Program-made: the position numbers and the translations under genes
Shown: in pieces, positions 1 to 10,745 of the stretch
How positions within the stretch are numbered: position 1 is the first letter of the stretch
Layout: the number at the start of each line of letters is the position of its first letter
Origin: Utricularia gibba
Lineage: Eukaryota; Plantae; Magnoliophyta
Assembly (NCBI GenBank): GCA_002189035.1
Contig: NEEC01000011.1
Location: 124,001-188,000, forward strand
Direction of reading: 5' to 3'
Length of the DNA: 64,000 nt
Notes under the pieces: model-generated
Databases searched by the model: none
What the model was told of the DNA's origin: nothing
Seen by the model: only the letters and a program-made list of their open reading frames with translations

Positions 1-6
1 GCCGTG

Positions 7-230
7 CTAACCGTAGACAGCACTGCAAGAGAGGGACATCAGGAGCAGCGCCGCGCGCTCCTTCTCCCAAAGTGAACCCGACAGCTTCCCAGATCTCGGT
101 GAAACGACGTTGCTCTGCGGGGCAGTGAAGACGTTGCTCTCTTCTTTTTAGTGCAGCACCTCGCCGCCCCAATGCCCAGAAGCTGCCGCCGCTTCTTGTT
201 ATACTTGATCCCGCAGGCATTACACAATGA
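7..230 (-). pseudogene. LLM-domain B-class GATA transcription factor remnant (last exon only, frameshifted)
   Basis: After an acceptor (ttcaccag, 231-238) the exon reads SLCNACGIKYNKKRRQLLG, the C-terminal half of a GATA zinc finger. A different frame gives KERAALLLMSLSCSAVYG* (TAG at 7-9), the LLM motif. That frame has a TAA upstream, so at least one frameshift is needed. No CxxC...TPLWR exon was found between 231 and the importin stop at 634. Confidence 0.8.
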
Positions 231-407
231 CTGGTGAAATAGAGTGCGCCAAATCAACAAAAAAAACGCGTGTTAGGGTACTGATTTGAGGTGACAGAGG
301 ATGCGGAATGGATGGGAATTGGGCGATTACGCGGGGTTTGTTTTGCGGATAGGGAAGATGAGCGCGGCCGACGTGTAAAAATGTATGGTTTCTGCGCGCG
401 GCGAAGG

Positions 408-415
408 CTTTTATA
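408..415 (-). promoter_or_regulatory. TATA-box-like element (TATAAAAG) upstream of the GATA remnant
   Basis: Minus-strand TATAAAAG is followed by an ATG-free, pyrimidine-rich leader and a possible donor GTAATC starting at 330. Confidence 0.4.
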
Positions 416-633
416 CGCCCTCCTGTCCCCTTCTCCCGCCGTTACAAAGCCCTAGGGCTCGCATCTACCGCCTTCCATTTTGTATGTGGATTTTATCCCC
501 CCACAGGCCACAGCCGCAGGCAAAGGCCATAAAACTAAGGGGGAGGTGATTATATTATGACAAGTTTGTAACCGAAGAATAGCAGTGCGCCACAGTAGTT
601 GCAAGCTGGACACATGAAATCAAGACTCCGCCT

Positions 634-3144
634 TCAAGTGAACTTGAAGCCTCCCGAAGGAGGTGCAGTCTCAGCACCTCCGAACATGAAATTGGCTTTA
701 GGATCCCCTGCCCCTGCTGCACCAATTTGCTCTTGCTCATCATCTTCTTCCAGCCAATATGTCTCCAGAATCTTCACTGCCTTCTCATAGATTTCGTTGT
801 TGTCATGGCTCTGGAGATTCTCAATCTTCTCCAGACCCTCCGCCTCGTCGATCATCCGGGCAAATATGTTTACATCCCCACTTCTACCTTGGTTCTTTTC
901 ACCCTCTCCGGTCTTGAGAATATTCTCTAGGCCTTCCAGGCAAACCGTCACTATTCTTGGGTCAGGGCAGACTAGAAGATCGCAGAGTGGCTTGATGCAT
1001 CCCTCACCAACCAGAAACCTGAGGAGTTGAGGGTGGATTCAGTTACACACCAACCGATTCAAAATCACAACAGAAGAGCTAGCGGTGGCTGTACTTTATT
1101 TGTTCGGGAGTTCCACCGGAAGTGGCATTTGAAATCGCCCAGGAGGCCTCCTTCTTTATCTCAAACTCGCCATGTTGAAGAAGGTGAATGAGGGGAGATA
1201 TTATACGAGACTCAATGACAGCCTGCACAAGTCATGTAACTTATCTGAAAAAAACACTAAGCAAATGCTTGCACTCTCCCATAGCAATGCAAAAGAAGCC
1301 ACTTGGAGCATATCTCAATTGTCCAGAGGTCCACAATATGGTGTCACAAAAAAAAAAAAAGGACCTGAATCTGATCCTTATTGCCAGCAGTGATATTTGA
1401 GATCGTCCAGCAAGCCTCTTTCTTGATGCTTTTCTTGAAATTTTGGGTCATCAAATTATACAAGCACGGCAGAGCCCCGTTATCAATTATAACCTACGGT
1501 TGTTAAAACAAATCAAGAGAGAAGTGAGGCTAAAATGGATCCTACAGCACTTGACAGAGGCTTCTATCATTGAATACAAGAAATAAAATAAAAGACCTCA
1601 AACATCAGCAAAGCTTAGAGTGCACAATCAACAAATTTGAGACTCCTACCTGGGTCTGGACATCATCACCGGTTACAATGTTACCCACAGTTCGCAGAGC
1701 AGGAATTAGGACAGCTGGAGAGGGGTGCCTGCAAACAAAATAGTGGTGGGTAAAAAAGAAATTTTAAGTATCTACAGGAAAAAATACGTCAGCAGCATCG
1801 TTAACTCAGTACATACATTAAGAGCTCCACCAGACGAGGGCATACGCCTGCCTCAATTACTGCTTGAATTTTATCATTAACACCATCAGAGAGATAAGAA
1901 AGGGCCCAGCATGCATCCGTTAGGACTTCTTCATCATTCGAAAGTATAAGTTGCGCAAGAGCTGGGAGTGCTGCTCTAACCTATTCAAGCATCAGCTGCA
2001 TAATTCAAGTTTCTAATAAAATGAAACACAAGGACGAGAGACGTCGACTGAAAACCTGATCAAATTGAGGCTGTGGCTTCCCACGGCAGAAGTTAGAAAG
2101 AGTCCACGTGGCATTCCTCAACATGGATAGCTTAGCTTGATCATTAAATTGAGCAAGTAAAGGCAGCAATGCTCCATGACCAAGCACAAGGTCACGGCAT
2201 TTTGGTGAGTCACCAGCAACATTACCTAAAGCCCAAACGGCCTAGATATAAATGCCAATCAAAATCAGGAAAATTGGAATTCATGAAGTAATTAATACGA
2301 GCAAGGTATTTATTCAAAAACTTGTAGAATCAGCTCGAGTACCTGCTCGCGCACATCTTCACTTTGAGAACTAAGAAGCCACACAAAAACTGGAACTGCA
2401 CCGTGATCAATCACCACTTTCGTGTTGTCTGATGTTCCGGAGGCAATGTTTGTCAGGGCCCAAGCAGCCTCAAACTAGGATACAAATAATTGTAGGCGTA
2501 GAAAAAAGACTTGATTTTGGAAGGAGCAAAAGAAAAAAAAAACATCAATGAAATCCCAAAAATTACCTGAAGCTGTGGATAATCACTCCTGGAAAGAAAC
2601 TCGACAAAACGAGGAACAACTCCAGATTGAATCACTTCCTCGATAGGGGGGTTACGCTCTACAAAAAGTAGAAAGAATAATATCAATGTACATCTAACTC
2701 ACAGCAGGATCCTCACAACGGAAATAACATACCAATTGACAGAAGTTTACGGAACTGAGTTGTCGAATCAAGCTGCGCTGCAGGATCACTAGATAAAACT
2801 CCAGAAACCATAGCTGGGAGGAATTCTAACTGGGAAAAAGTTGATCTTCAACACTTGAATAGTTCACGAGAGAAAGTGAACGAATAATAACAAAACTGGA
2901 TAAAAAAGATAATGGCGAAAAACTCAATTACCTTCTTATCAAACTGGGGAGGATGATTCACTGCAGCCGGAAACTGCTGAGCCTGAAGACCCTCACGGCG
3001 CTTTTTCAACAAATTCTCCTCCCTTTTATTCTTCCGGATCTCCACCATATTGTCCTCCCTCCGACGTCGACCTTCTTCTGCATCCACCGCAACCTTATAC
3101 TGGCTTCGGCGGACCTCGACCTTTGCACCCGGTCTTAGCGACAT
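634..3144 (-). CDS. IMPA: Importin subunit alpha (IBB domain + ARM repeats), 10 exons, 534 aa
   Basis: Exons: 3144-2932, 2829-2733, 2658-2567, 2474-2343, 2241-2056, 1980-1817, 1728-1650, 1493-1365, 1222-1095, 1018-634. All introns are GT-AG and the total is 1605 nt in frame. Motifs: MSLRP...[25 protein letters not shown] (IBB), [38 protein letters not shown], acidic tail ending GGFKFT*. Confidence 0.97.
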
Positions 3145-3416
3145 CGTTTTCCTAACTCCTGCTGAAACTAAAGCAAAAAAGAAAAACCTAAACAAGAGTG
3201 AATTATCAACACAGCGAAGCCGAGATGACAATCACGATAACTCCAAGAACTGCTGGGAGGGACACAGAAAATAAGATAAGGGATTTCCTTCTCCCCCTTG
3301 CGGAACTCGGAATGAAGCAGCGGATCACATTTTCTTCGAGCTTTTCAACAGCCCTACGTCGAGTCGGGCTCATGCTTCTTGTTATTTACGACTATGCCAT
3401 CACGTTTAAACTTTCT

Positions 3417-3463
3417 AAACCCTAATATCTAACCTACGGGCCCGTGGCCTATTCAGGCCCATA
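3417..3463. promoter_or_regulatory. Telo-box plus site II-like motifs in the importin alpha promoter
   Basis: AAACCCTAA at 3417-3425, GGGCCC at 3438-3443 and AGGCCCAT at 3456-3463, about 270-320 bp upstream of the ATG. This pairing is typical of plant housekeeping and proliferation genes. Confidence 0.55.
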
Positions 3464-4679
3464 ATAACCATTCACTAGTGCTCATGCGATCTGTGAATAT
3501 AATTTTTCATCCATATCCACAATTTTTGGTTACTATTTTCAATATTTGTGACTGAGTAATCAGATCTAATAATTCGGATAGGGAATGAACGAATATCCAA
3601 TTTGTAATCTAACCCCCATTGCTAGGGGAGGAATGACAAGACATACCATCACAACTAATACAAAGCCCAATAAGAGAATTGTATGGTAAAAAGGTATGTA
3701 TAACTCAATAAGCCTCTCATGTGTCCAAAGGAGTATGGACCCTTCAAGCACAATGTAAGAGAAGCCAATAAAAACCAAGGCAAGTCCTAATAAGGCTCTC
3801 AATATTCCATTAGGTCTCTAGCTATTGAGAAGAAAATGGTTATCCAAATGATTTATTTGAGGGGATGTCAACCACTTTTTCTCAATATATAGAATATTTG
3901 TCATCTTCAGGGACAGTTAGAATAGAAGAATTTTCTAAAACAAGAAAGATAAGTGACTTCTCACCAATTTCTAAAACTAATTGGAGAGGGGGAGCAACCA
4001 AGAGGAACTTTATCAGCATTCCCATGTTTTCTTGATTTTTGGAGTGTATTCATCAACTCTTAGACCTTTTACTTAGTGAAAACCCATCCTTGGTGTAAGA
4101 GTACCCCAATCTTCTTTGTTTTAAGGGCTATCACTTCTTTGTTCCTTTTACCTAATTTCCAATCTCTAGTGCTTTAAATGTTACAATAGATCACTAAAAA
4201 CAAATGAAATATTTCACAAGATTGGTAACATTTGGCATTATTTGTGGAACATACTATGAGCAAGATAGCACTTTCAAGGATTTTTAAAGTTTTGGCTGTG
4301 ACATATCTAGGGAAGAAGACGGATAGAACAAGTGTGGGGTCTTTGGAAGGCTGCAAGGGAAGATCTCTTTTGTTCATGGAAGGAAGTGCCATTGAACAAC
4401 CATCTTGGGAGAGATCAAATGACCACACGACTATCACTCATGCCTCTAGGGTAGTCCCCACCAACCTCATCCTTGAAGCCATTGTTGCTATTTTATTCCA
4501 AAAAGTGAAAGTCATGATGGATGCCTTCCCAAACCTTACTAAAGAAAACCTATGGGTGGAAACTAGCCGATTGGGAGGTGTTTAGTAAGGATTGTGTAGG
4601 AAGGGGAACCAACCAAACAAGGAGCGATGTAGTGCTCAGAAGCCACAAAGAAGTACAATCAAGAAAGCAATGGAGGTTT

Positions 4680-6101
4680 GATATTGTGTTTTATTATGAT
4701 GATTTTATGCTTAGATTTTTGCAAAATAGTACATAAATGCTAGAATTAGGAGGAAAATAAACCAAAGCATATGGACTTCAATTTCGCTTGAATTAAACTT
4801 GAATAGACTCAATTTCCTTTTCATTTAATGCTAATGTGGACTATTCCTTGGAGTCTATGTGGGACCATCACATTTCGACTAGGCCGCGTCAACTAACATT
4901 CGGGAAAATATTTTTAGAATAGAGGCAAAAGCAAAATTACAGGTCTTCTTTTTTCAAAAAGCTGAATCAAGAAGAAATAATACTTTCTGAGTATCAAACT
5001 AGAAGAAAAAGAGATCTCCTACAACCAAAAAATAGGATACTAACAACTCTAACTATCAAGATAAGGGGTAGAGTAGCATGATTTGATTGTAGGTATAAAA
5101 GGAAAAAAAAATCAGAAAGCAGAAGGAGTGATTATGGAGGGAAGCTCCATAGATGAAAAGAGAGCTCTCCTTGAAGCGGCGAGCTGTATTTTATGATGGA
5201 TGGGAAAGACACAGAGGAGTTCGAGTGTGACATTGAAAAAAATTTTTTGGCATTCAAACAATCTACTAAGAGAGCCTGAGTGGTAGACAAAAGGAAAAGA
5301 AGACTTGCGACTTAAATGTAGTTTGTTTGTTCAGTTTACAAATCACTTCGGATGGGGAAGATCTTTTGGCATGCGATATCTATAGAAATTTCCATCCATC
5401 AAAATGATATCATTGCTGAGGAGTTGGATGCTTTTTAGTTTTTTGTTATTAATACATTTATGTTCTTTTTGTAGGTGAAACTCTTCTTCCGCTTGATTCA
5501 GAGATTGAGAGAACTACAAGAGGGAAACAGAAATGTGCAAAGAAGAAGTAGCATACGGCTAGCACAAAGGCCAAACAAGGAGCTGCTACACACAAATCAA
5601 TCATGAACGCAAATGAAGTAAATAAAAGTATGCAGGAATATGATTACCTTGATTATTCTTACCATGGAATCTACATAAATTCCATGGTAAAGACCAAGGA
5701 TAATCAATCTTTTTCTTAAATTCTATGGAAATGGGAAAGAAGACGCACACTAGCATTTGAATGGGTCTATTTCAATCAATGCTGTGGTTTGACCAAAGGA
5801 AGTGACATAAGACAACTTGCTATTATGAGTTTTCAGTTTACTCATGAAGGAGATACGAAGGAGTGGTTCAACACATTGGAATTGGGAAGAATAGGCAGCT
5901 AAACCGAAATGAAGAAGGAGTTCTTAAACAAATATTTTCCATTTACAAAGTCCAAAGAGTTGATGAGAAAAATTGCGGATATATATCAATTCATGGGAGA
6001 CCCACTACATAACTATTGGATGCGAGTTGTCCACATCACGGGTATGAGAAGCACACCCTGGTAACATTCTTTTTAAAAGAGCTTTTTCCACCGATGAGAA
6101 C
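4680..6101 (+). mobile_element. Decayed Athila-type Ty3 element: 5' LTR end, degenerate PBS, gag N-terminus
   Basis: LTR-like end GAAATTTCCATCCATCA at 5401 and decayed tRNA-Asp PBS (tgatatcattgctgagga, 5405-5422). gag motifs LLPLDSEIERT, KFYGNGKEDAH, FQFTHEGDTKEWF and KEFLNKYFP, with stops. The left boundary is approximate. Confidence 0.7.
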
Positions 6102-6715
6102 TGATAAATGAAAAATTTACACATCGCAAATGTAAATCTTCCTATCAAATAAATTTATAACCTAATACACATTCAAGCATAAAACAATTATGAGCATAGT
6201 GATTAGGGTCGAACACGAAGAGCAAGTGCTTGCTATGTGAAAATTGATGCATGAAACTAGTGTCACGTTGGTAAAATTGGTCTTAACTAGGACTAAGGAT
6301 GGAATGCAGTAAAGAAAAGTAATAAGTTCTGGAGCTCGGTTGTTTCTGGAATGAAATGGGTGATGCCTTGGGACTCCTAGGGGATGTATGTTTATCACTA
6401 AATAAGCTCACACAAACCACAAATCATACAACTAACTCACAAGATCTAGGTCTACCCAGATTCTTGTTTTTCTCCCTAATCTTTGGTCTACCTCTAATTA
6501 GGATTGTTAAGTTGGGTTTCACTACTTCCCCCTCCTGGATCTATCCTGGTTTGTTAAGGAAGTTGCGTGACTTATGGTTTATTAGGTCTAAGGATGGATT
6601 AGCATATTTCTTCCCTTTTTACCCCAAGGAACCTCCCTAAGTGCTTAGCTACTCATACTTAAGACAAACAAAAATAGAAGAGATAATATCATCCACAATG
6701 CATTCATATGCAATC
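6102..6715 (-). mobile_element. Partial Athila-type LTR (3' end), related to family A
   Basis: Begins TGATAAATG, the reverse complement of the LTR end. Shares TATCAAATAAATTTATAA, GGTCTACC and TAGCTACTCATAC blocks with the LTRs at 43001, 49092 and 53999. The other end is missing. Confidence 0.65.
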
Positions 6716-6959
6716 TTCGGACCCAAAAAATCGGCGAGAGCAGAGGCGATATGCAAAAGCTAAGTAAACTAAAGGAGAAAAAATCCCAAACTGGGATCCC
6801 AAAATATACCAAAAAACCCCCAAATCGGGGACAAACAACATCAGTCTCAAAAAAAAAAATTAAGGTTCAGGGAGGGGATCAGTTGAGGGGCCGAAGTGTC
6901 CCTCCATCCTTGCTCTCAGTTTGGCTTCATTGTCCTGCCCGATCCTAGCTAGAATAAGC

Positions 6960-9900
6960 GCTGTTAGGCACTCCCAATTTGCTTCAAACCCAAATTCCTG
7001 GGCTCGGAACACATCTGCGATAACGTCCAGCATGTTTTCATCCTTTGTCAGGGGGTTTATCTTGCATAAATATCAGAGATCTTAGTGAAGCAGGCCGAGT
7101 TGACAAAATCGTCCCAAAGTCCCTGCCGAGACGCCTGTTGGTTCAGTAGTTCGGCCTCCAAAGCCGAAACACGATCCCGAGCGTGCTTCAACTCCACCTC
7201 CGCTTCCTTGAACCTCACTTTGAAACTTTCCTTTTCGGAGCTGGCATCATTGATCGCCTTCCCCATTTCGTCAACCACATTGTGAAGCTCCTCCTGACAA
7301 CAGCGCTTCTCGAGACTCGTCCTCAGCGAACTCCCTTCCTCCTCTAACAGTTTCACGTTGGCATCTCTAGCCACTATGTGGGCTTGAAGCCAGATAACCT
7401 CCTCCGAGTGGGATCCCATCCCCTTAGCCATCCCTCATCCGAAAGTCAGAGCCTGAAAAAAATCATTAAGTTAGAAACCGGCTATACACAACTCCGAGAA
7501 GGGAGAAGACGAATACCTGCCAAATTCCCTTAAGCACAACTTCCGGCTGAACTTCCGGAGGACTCGGCACGGCTTCCTCCACTAGTATCCTTAATTCAGC
7601 TGGAAACGAAGATGGAGGAAGCACCGAATCGCCCTGTATCTCAATTAGAGCAGAATCCATCCGTATCTCATTTGGGGGGGGGGGGGGGGGCGAGGTGGAA
7701 GCACCAATCGTATTGAATCCTGCACCGAGAATTGGGACTTCGGCGATTTGTGAGGAGGGTAGAGCTTCCCTTTTCCCTTCCCGGTTGAAGGGGGGGGGGG
7801 GGGAGGTGTCAACTACTAAATCCCAGAAACCTCAATTACTTGATCCCCCTCTGAGGAGTTATCAGCGACATCCGAGTGAGCTTCAGGTGAATCGGCCTAG
7901 GAGAAAAGTTAAAACGGTCAGAATCGAAGCTCCATAGTGATGGATCGCAAAAACCAAGCGCACCTGTATAGAGGGAGCCGCGTCTGATTCCTGCATCCGG
8001 CGCATCTAAGCAGAAAAGCGCCCCATCACTGAATCCTCCATAGCATTCCTCCTTGCCATCTTCTCAACTGCACACCAAGCCAAAACGTATGATGACAACA
8101 AGAGTCTCATGGCTAGGAGAACGTTACGGGCTACCTTTTCCTTTTTTCGAGGGTTTCTAAGCACAAACTTTAAACCTTCTCTTTTTCTTTGGAGCAAAGG
8201 GCTGAGTGGAGGGTTCTGGAACAAAATCAGTGGGAACGGGGATAACCGGATTGGAAGGGGCATCCGAATTAGGATTCGGATTAGAGGGAGACCAAAGAAG
8301 ATGCTGGAACTCCAATTCGGATCCTAGAGGGATAATAAAATCTGGCCACTGACTATCTCGGCTATGATCTAGAACACCATGGTTTATCAAAGATTCCTGA
8401 GAAAGCATTAAGGCTCAGAACTCAAACTTAGCAGTGCATCTGCCGAGTTTCCGATATACCTCTCTTCCAGACTCGTTAGAGGGATGAAAACGACCGAAGA
8501 GTTTCACTTTGAAAGAAGTGGGGGGTTTAATCGGAAAGTTCCATTTGGCCCTCAACGGGGGAGCAACCCAAATAAAAGAGGACCACCAGTTATGATGGGT
8601 ATCGGGAGCTTTTAAAACGAAGTCAAGGTGATCCTCAAATTGGTGAAACTGAAAGTGGGAATAACCATGCATCAGGCGTTTGGCTTTACGGACTACAACT
8701 TTGAAGAGTTGAAAGAAATCTACTAGCGTCATAATCGGATCCATGCCCGCCGAATAGAAGAGGAAAGTGGTAAAACAGAAGATCTAATTCGGGGCAAGGT
8801 AGTTGAGCGGGATGGCAAACATGTTAAGAAACTGAACGAGTAAAGGGTGGATCGAAAATCAGAGGCCGCTTTCTAAGTAGGCAAGGGGGATGGGAAGACT
8901 GAAATGGGGAAGAGGTCTTTCCTCGGATCCCCAAGGAATCTGGCCGTCTCCAGCTTGGGAAATGATGTACTCTTATGGAATTGAGTATTTGGAGCGGATA
9001 GTAGAGATATTCAGTTCACTAGATTTTCTACCCATCCTGTTTTCAAGAATCAGAAAGGGAAGAGAGGTCGCAAAGGGAGTAAAGGAAGAAAGGAAAACCT
9101 AGGAGGAAATAGGAATAAGAAGGAGAAGGATTCAGAAACCTAGTGAAGAGTGAAAATAACTGGAAAATGCTAGAAAGAAACAGAGGACGCGCAGGTACCT
9201 AAGAAATCTGCAGTTTCTGATGAACTTTACAGCGGCGAACACGACGAAGCACGAATAGCGCTGAAATCTCAAGGGTGATCAGAGAAAGCAAAGAGGAAAA
9301 ATGACGGGAGGAGTGCATATTTATAGGAGAGATCTTTGGAAGACGAAACGACGCGTCGATTGAGGTACCCAAAAATGATCGGGAAAATGCATGGGGTGCC
9401 CAGGAGATGATGTGTGGCATGGGGGTCGGTGGGAATCAGGATGAGGTGTGCTCATGAGAATTGGCACTTCTGATAGTGATATAGTAGTCATTCTGATTCA
9501 CCGATTTATCTCAAGAGGCCGACAGACCGATAACTTTTTGGACTTGTCAGCGGCAGTTGTTTTGAACAGACTGAAAAAGTAGCTGATTACGGCAATAGCA
9601 AGGTAGGTGGCGGTTATCTAAAAAGATGGAACACAGTCCATATTGCAGGCGCGGAAAGCAGTTGACCGCTACAGAATTCAGGATTCGGTCAGATCGACCT
9701 CTTCTATAAATAGAAGAAATTCTGGAGAGAAAAAGGGTAGACACCAAGCCCCCCCCCCCCCCCCCCCCCAACTTGTATTTTTTTCCATCTCCATCTAGTG
9801 AAGGATTTTTTTCGGCAAGCTCCGACAACTCCGTGGTTTTTCCATCTCCCAACGGTTTCTACGTAAAAACCTCTATTTGTCTTCATTTCTCTTAATCATA

Positions 9901-9998
9901 TCAAGTAAAATGCCAAAGCCACGACTGGGTGACGCATCCGGCTGCATCCATAACCTGAAAATTGGCCCTCACTCGGATACTGATTTTCGCCCTCAACA
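6960..9998 (+). mobile_element. 3' portion of a Tat/Retand-type Ty3 element (antisense accessory ORF region plus putative 3' LTR ~9545-9998)
   Basis: GC-rich region with an antisense accessory ORF. Putative LTR has CTATAAATA near 9705 and ends GCCCTCAACA at 9998. No matching 5' LTR in the window. Boundaries are approximate. Confidence 0.6.
7057..8900 (-). pseudogene. Disrupted 'putative gypsy-type transposon' (PF04195-like) ORF with C-terminal coiled coil
   Basis: Minus strand reads GLRFPIHPLLVQFLNMFAIPLNYLAPN*, the GLRxP...L.PN hallmark. It continues into ORF 8744-8415 and a coiled-coil ORF 7431-7057, with stops and frameshifts. Confidence 0.65.
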
Positions 9999-9999
9999 A

Positions 10000-10745
10000 A
10001 CTATTTTTTGATTCCATAGGAGTGATGCCACCAAGAATGGAATACCATGCAAAGAAAAAACTCAAGAATGATGTCAAATACTATATCAGGGATGATTCTT
10101 ACTTGTGGAAGAGATGCAAAGATGGCGTCATTTGAAGGTGCATTCATGACATTGAAATTCTAAGAATTATTGAATCATGCTATGCAGGAACATTTGGTGG
10201 ACATCATGGACCCAATTGTACTACTAGAAAAATGCTAGATTGTGAACATTATAGATCAATATTTTCAAAGAATGCTATATTTATTGCAAAGGGTGCAAAC
10301 CATGCCAAAGAGTTTTGAATTTCTCCAACAAAAGTGAAATGCCTCAATAGAGAATTTGGTTTGTGCATTATTTGACATTTGAGGTATCAATTTTATTGGG
10401 CCATTCTCCACTTTTGGAGGATTAAACTATAGCCTAATGATTATTGATTATATGTCAAAGTGGATCAAAGCAATTTCTTCACGGATAGACGATGCTAAAA
10501 TGGTGATTAATTTCTTTTGTAACGATATTCTTATATGCAATGGGATTCCTAAGTAGTTAATCAATGATAGGGGCACCCATTTTAATAATAAAGCATTGAG
10601 GAGTATTCTAAAGCAATTCAATGTTTTGTATAAGCCTTAAACAACGTACCATCCACAAAAAAATGGACAAATAGAAGTATCAAATAGAGAGATTAAGCAA
10701 ATTCTAGAAAAAGTGGTTAACCCAAATAGGAAAGTCTAGAGCATG
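10000..10745 (+). mobile_element. Athila-type integrase remnant
   Basis: YLWKRCKDGVI*RC...GGHHGPNCTTRKML (zinc-binding region), then INFIGPF, DYMSKWIKAI, LINDRGTHF and [28 protein letters not shown] (DDE core), with stops. Confidence 0.85.

Noticed and set aside
555-620. MCPACNYCG frame in the importin 3' UTR as the missing GATA CxxC exon
   Set aside because: No TPLWR/GP motif or donor site follows, and it stops after about 21 codons; coincidental.
3480-4680. Possible decayed Tat RT-RNase H connection (minus) or LINE DFRPISL-like motif (plus)
   Set aside because: Only weak, mutually inconsistent motif hints; cannot be assigned without an HMM search.
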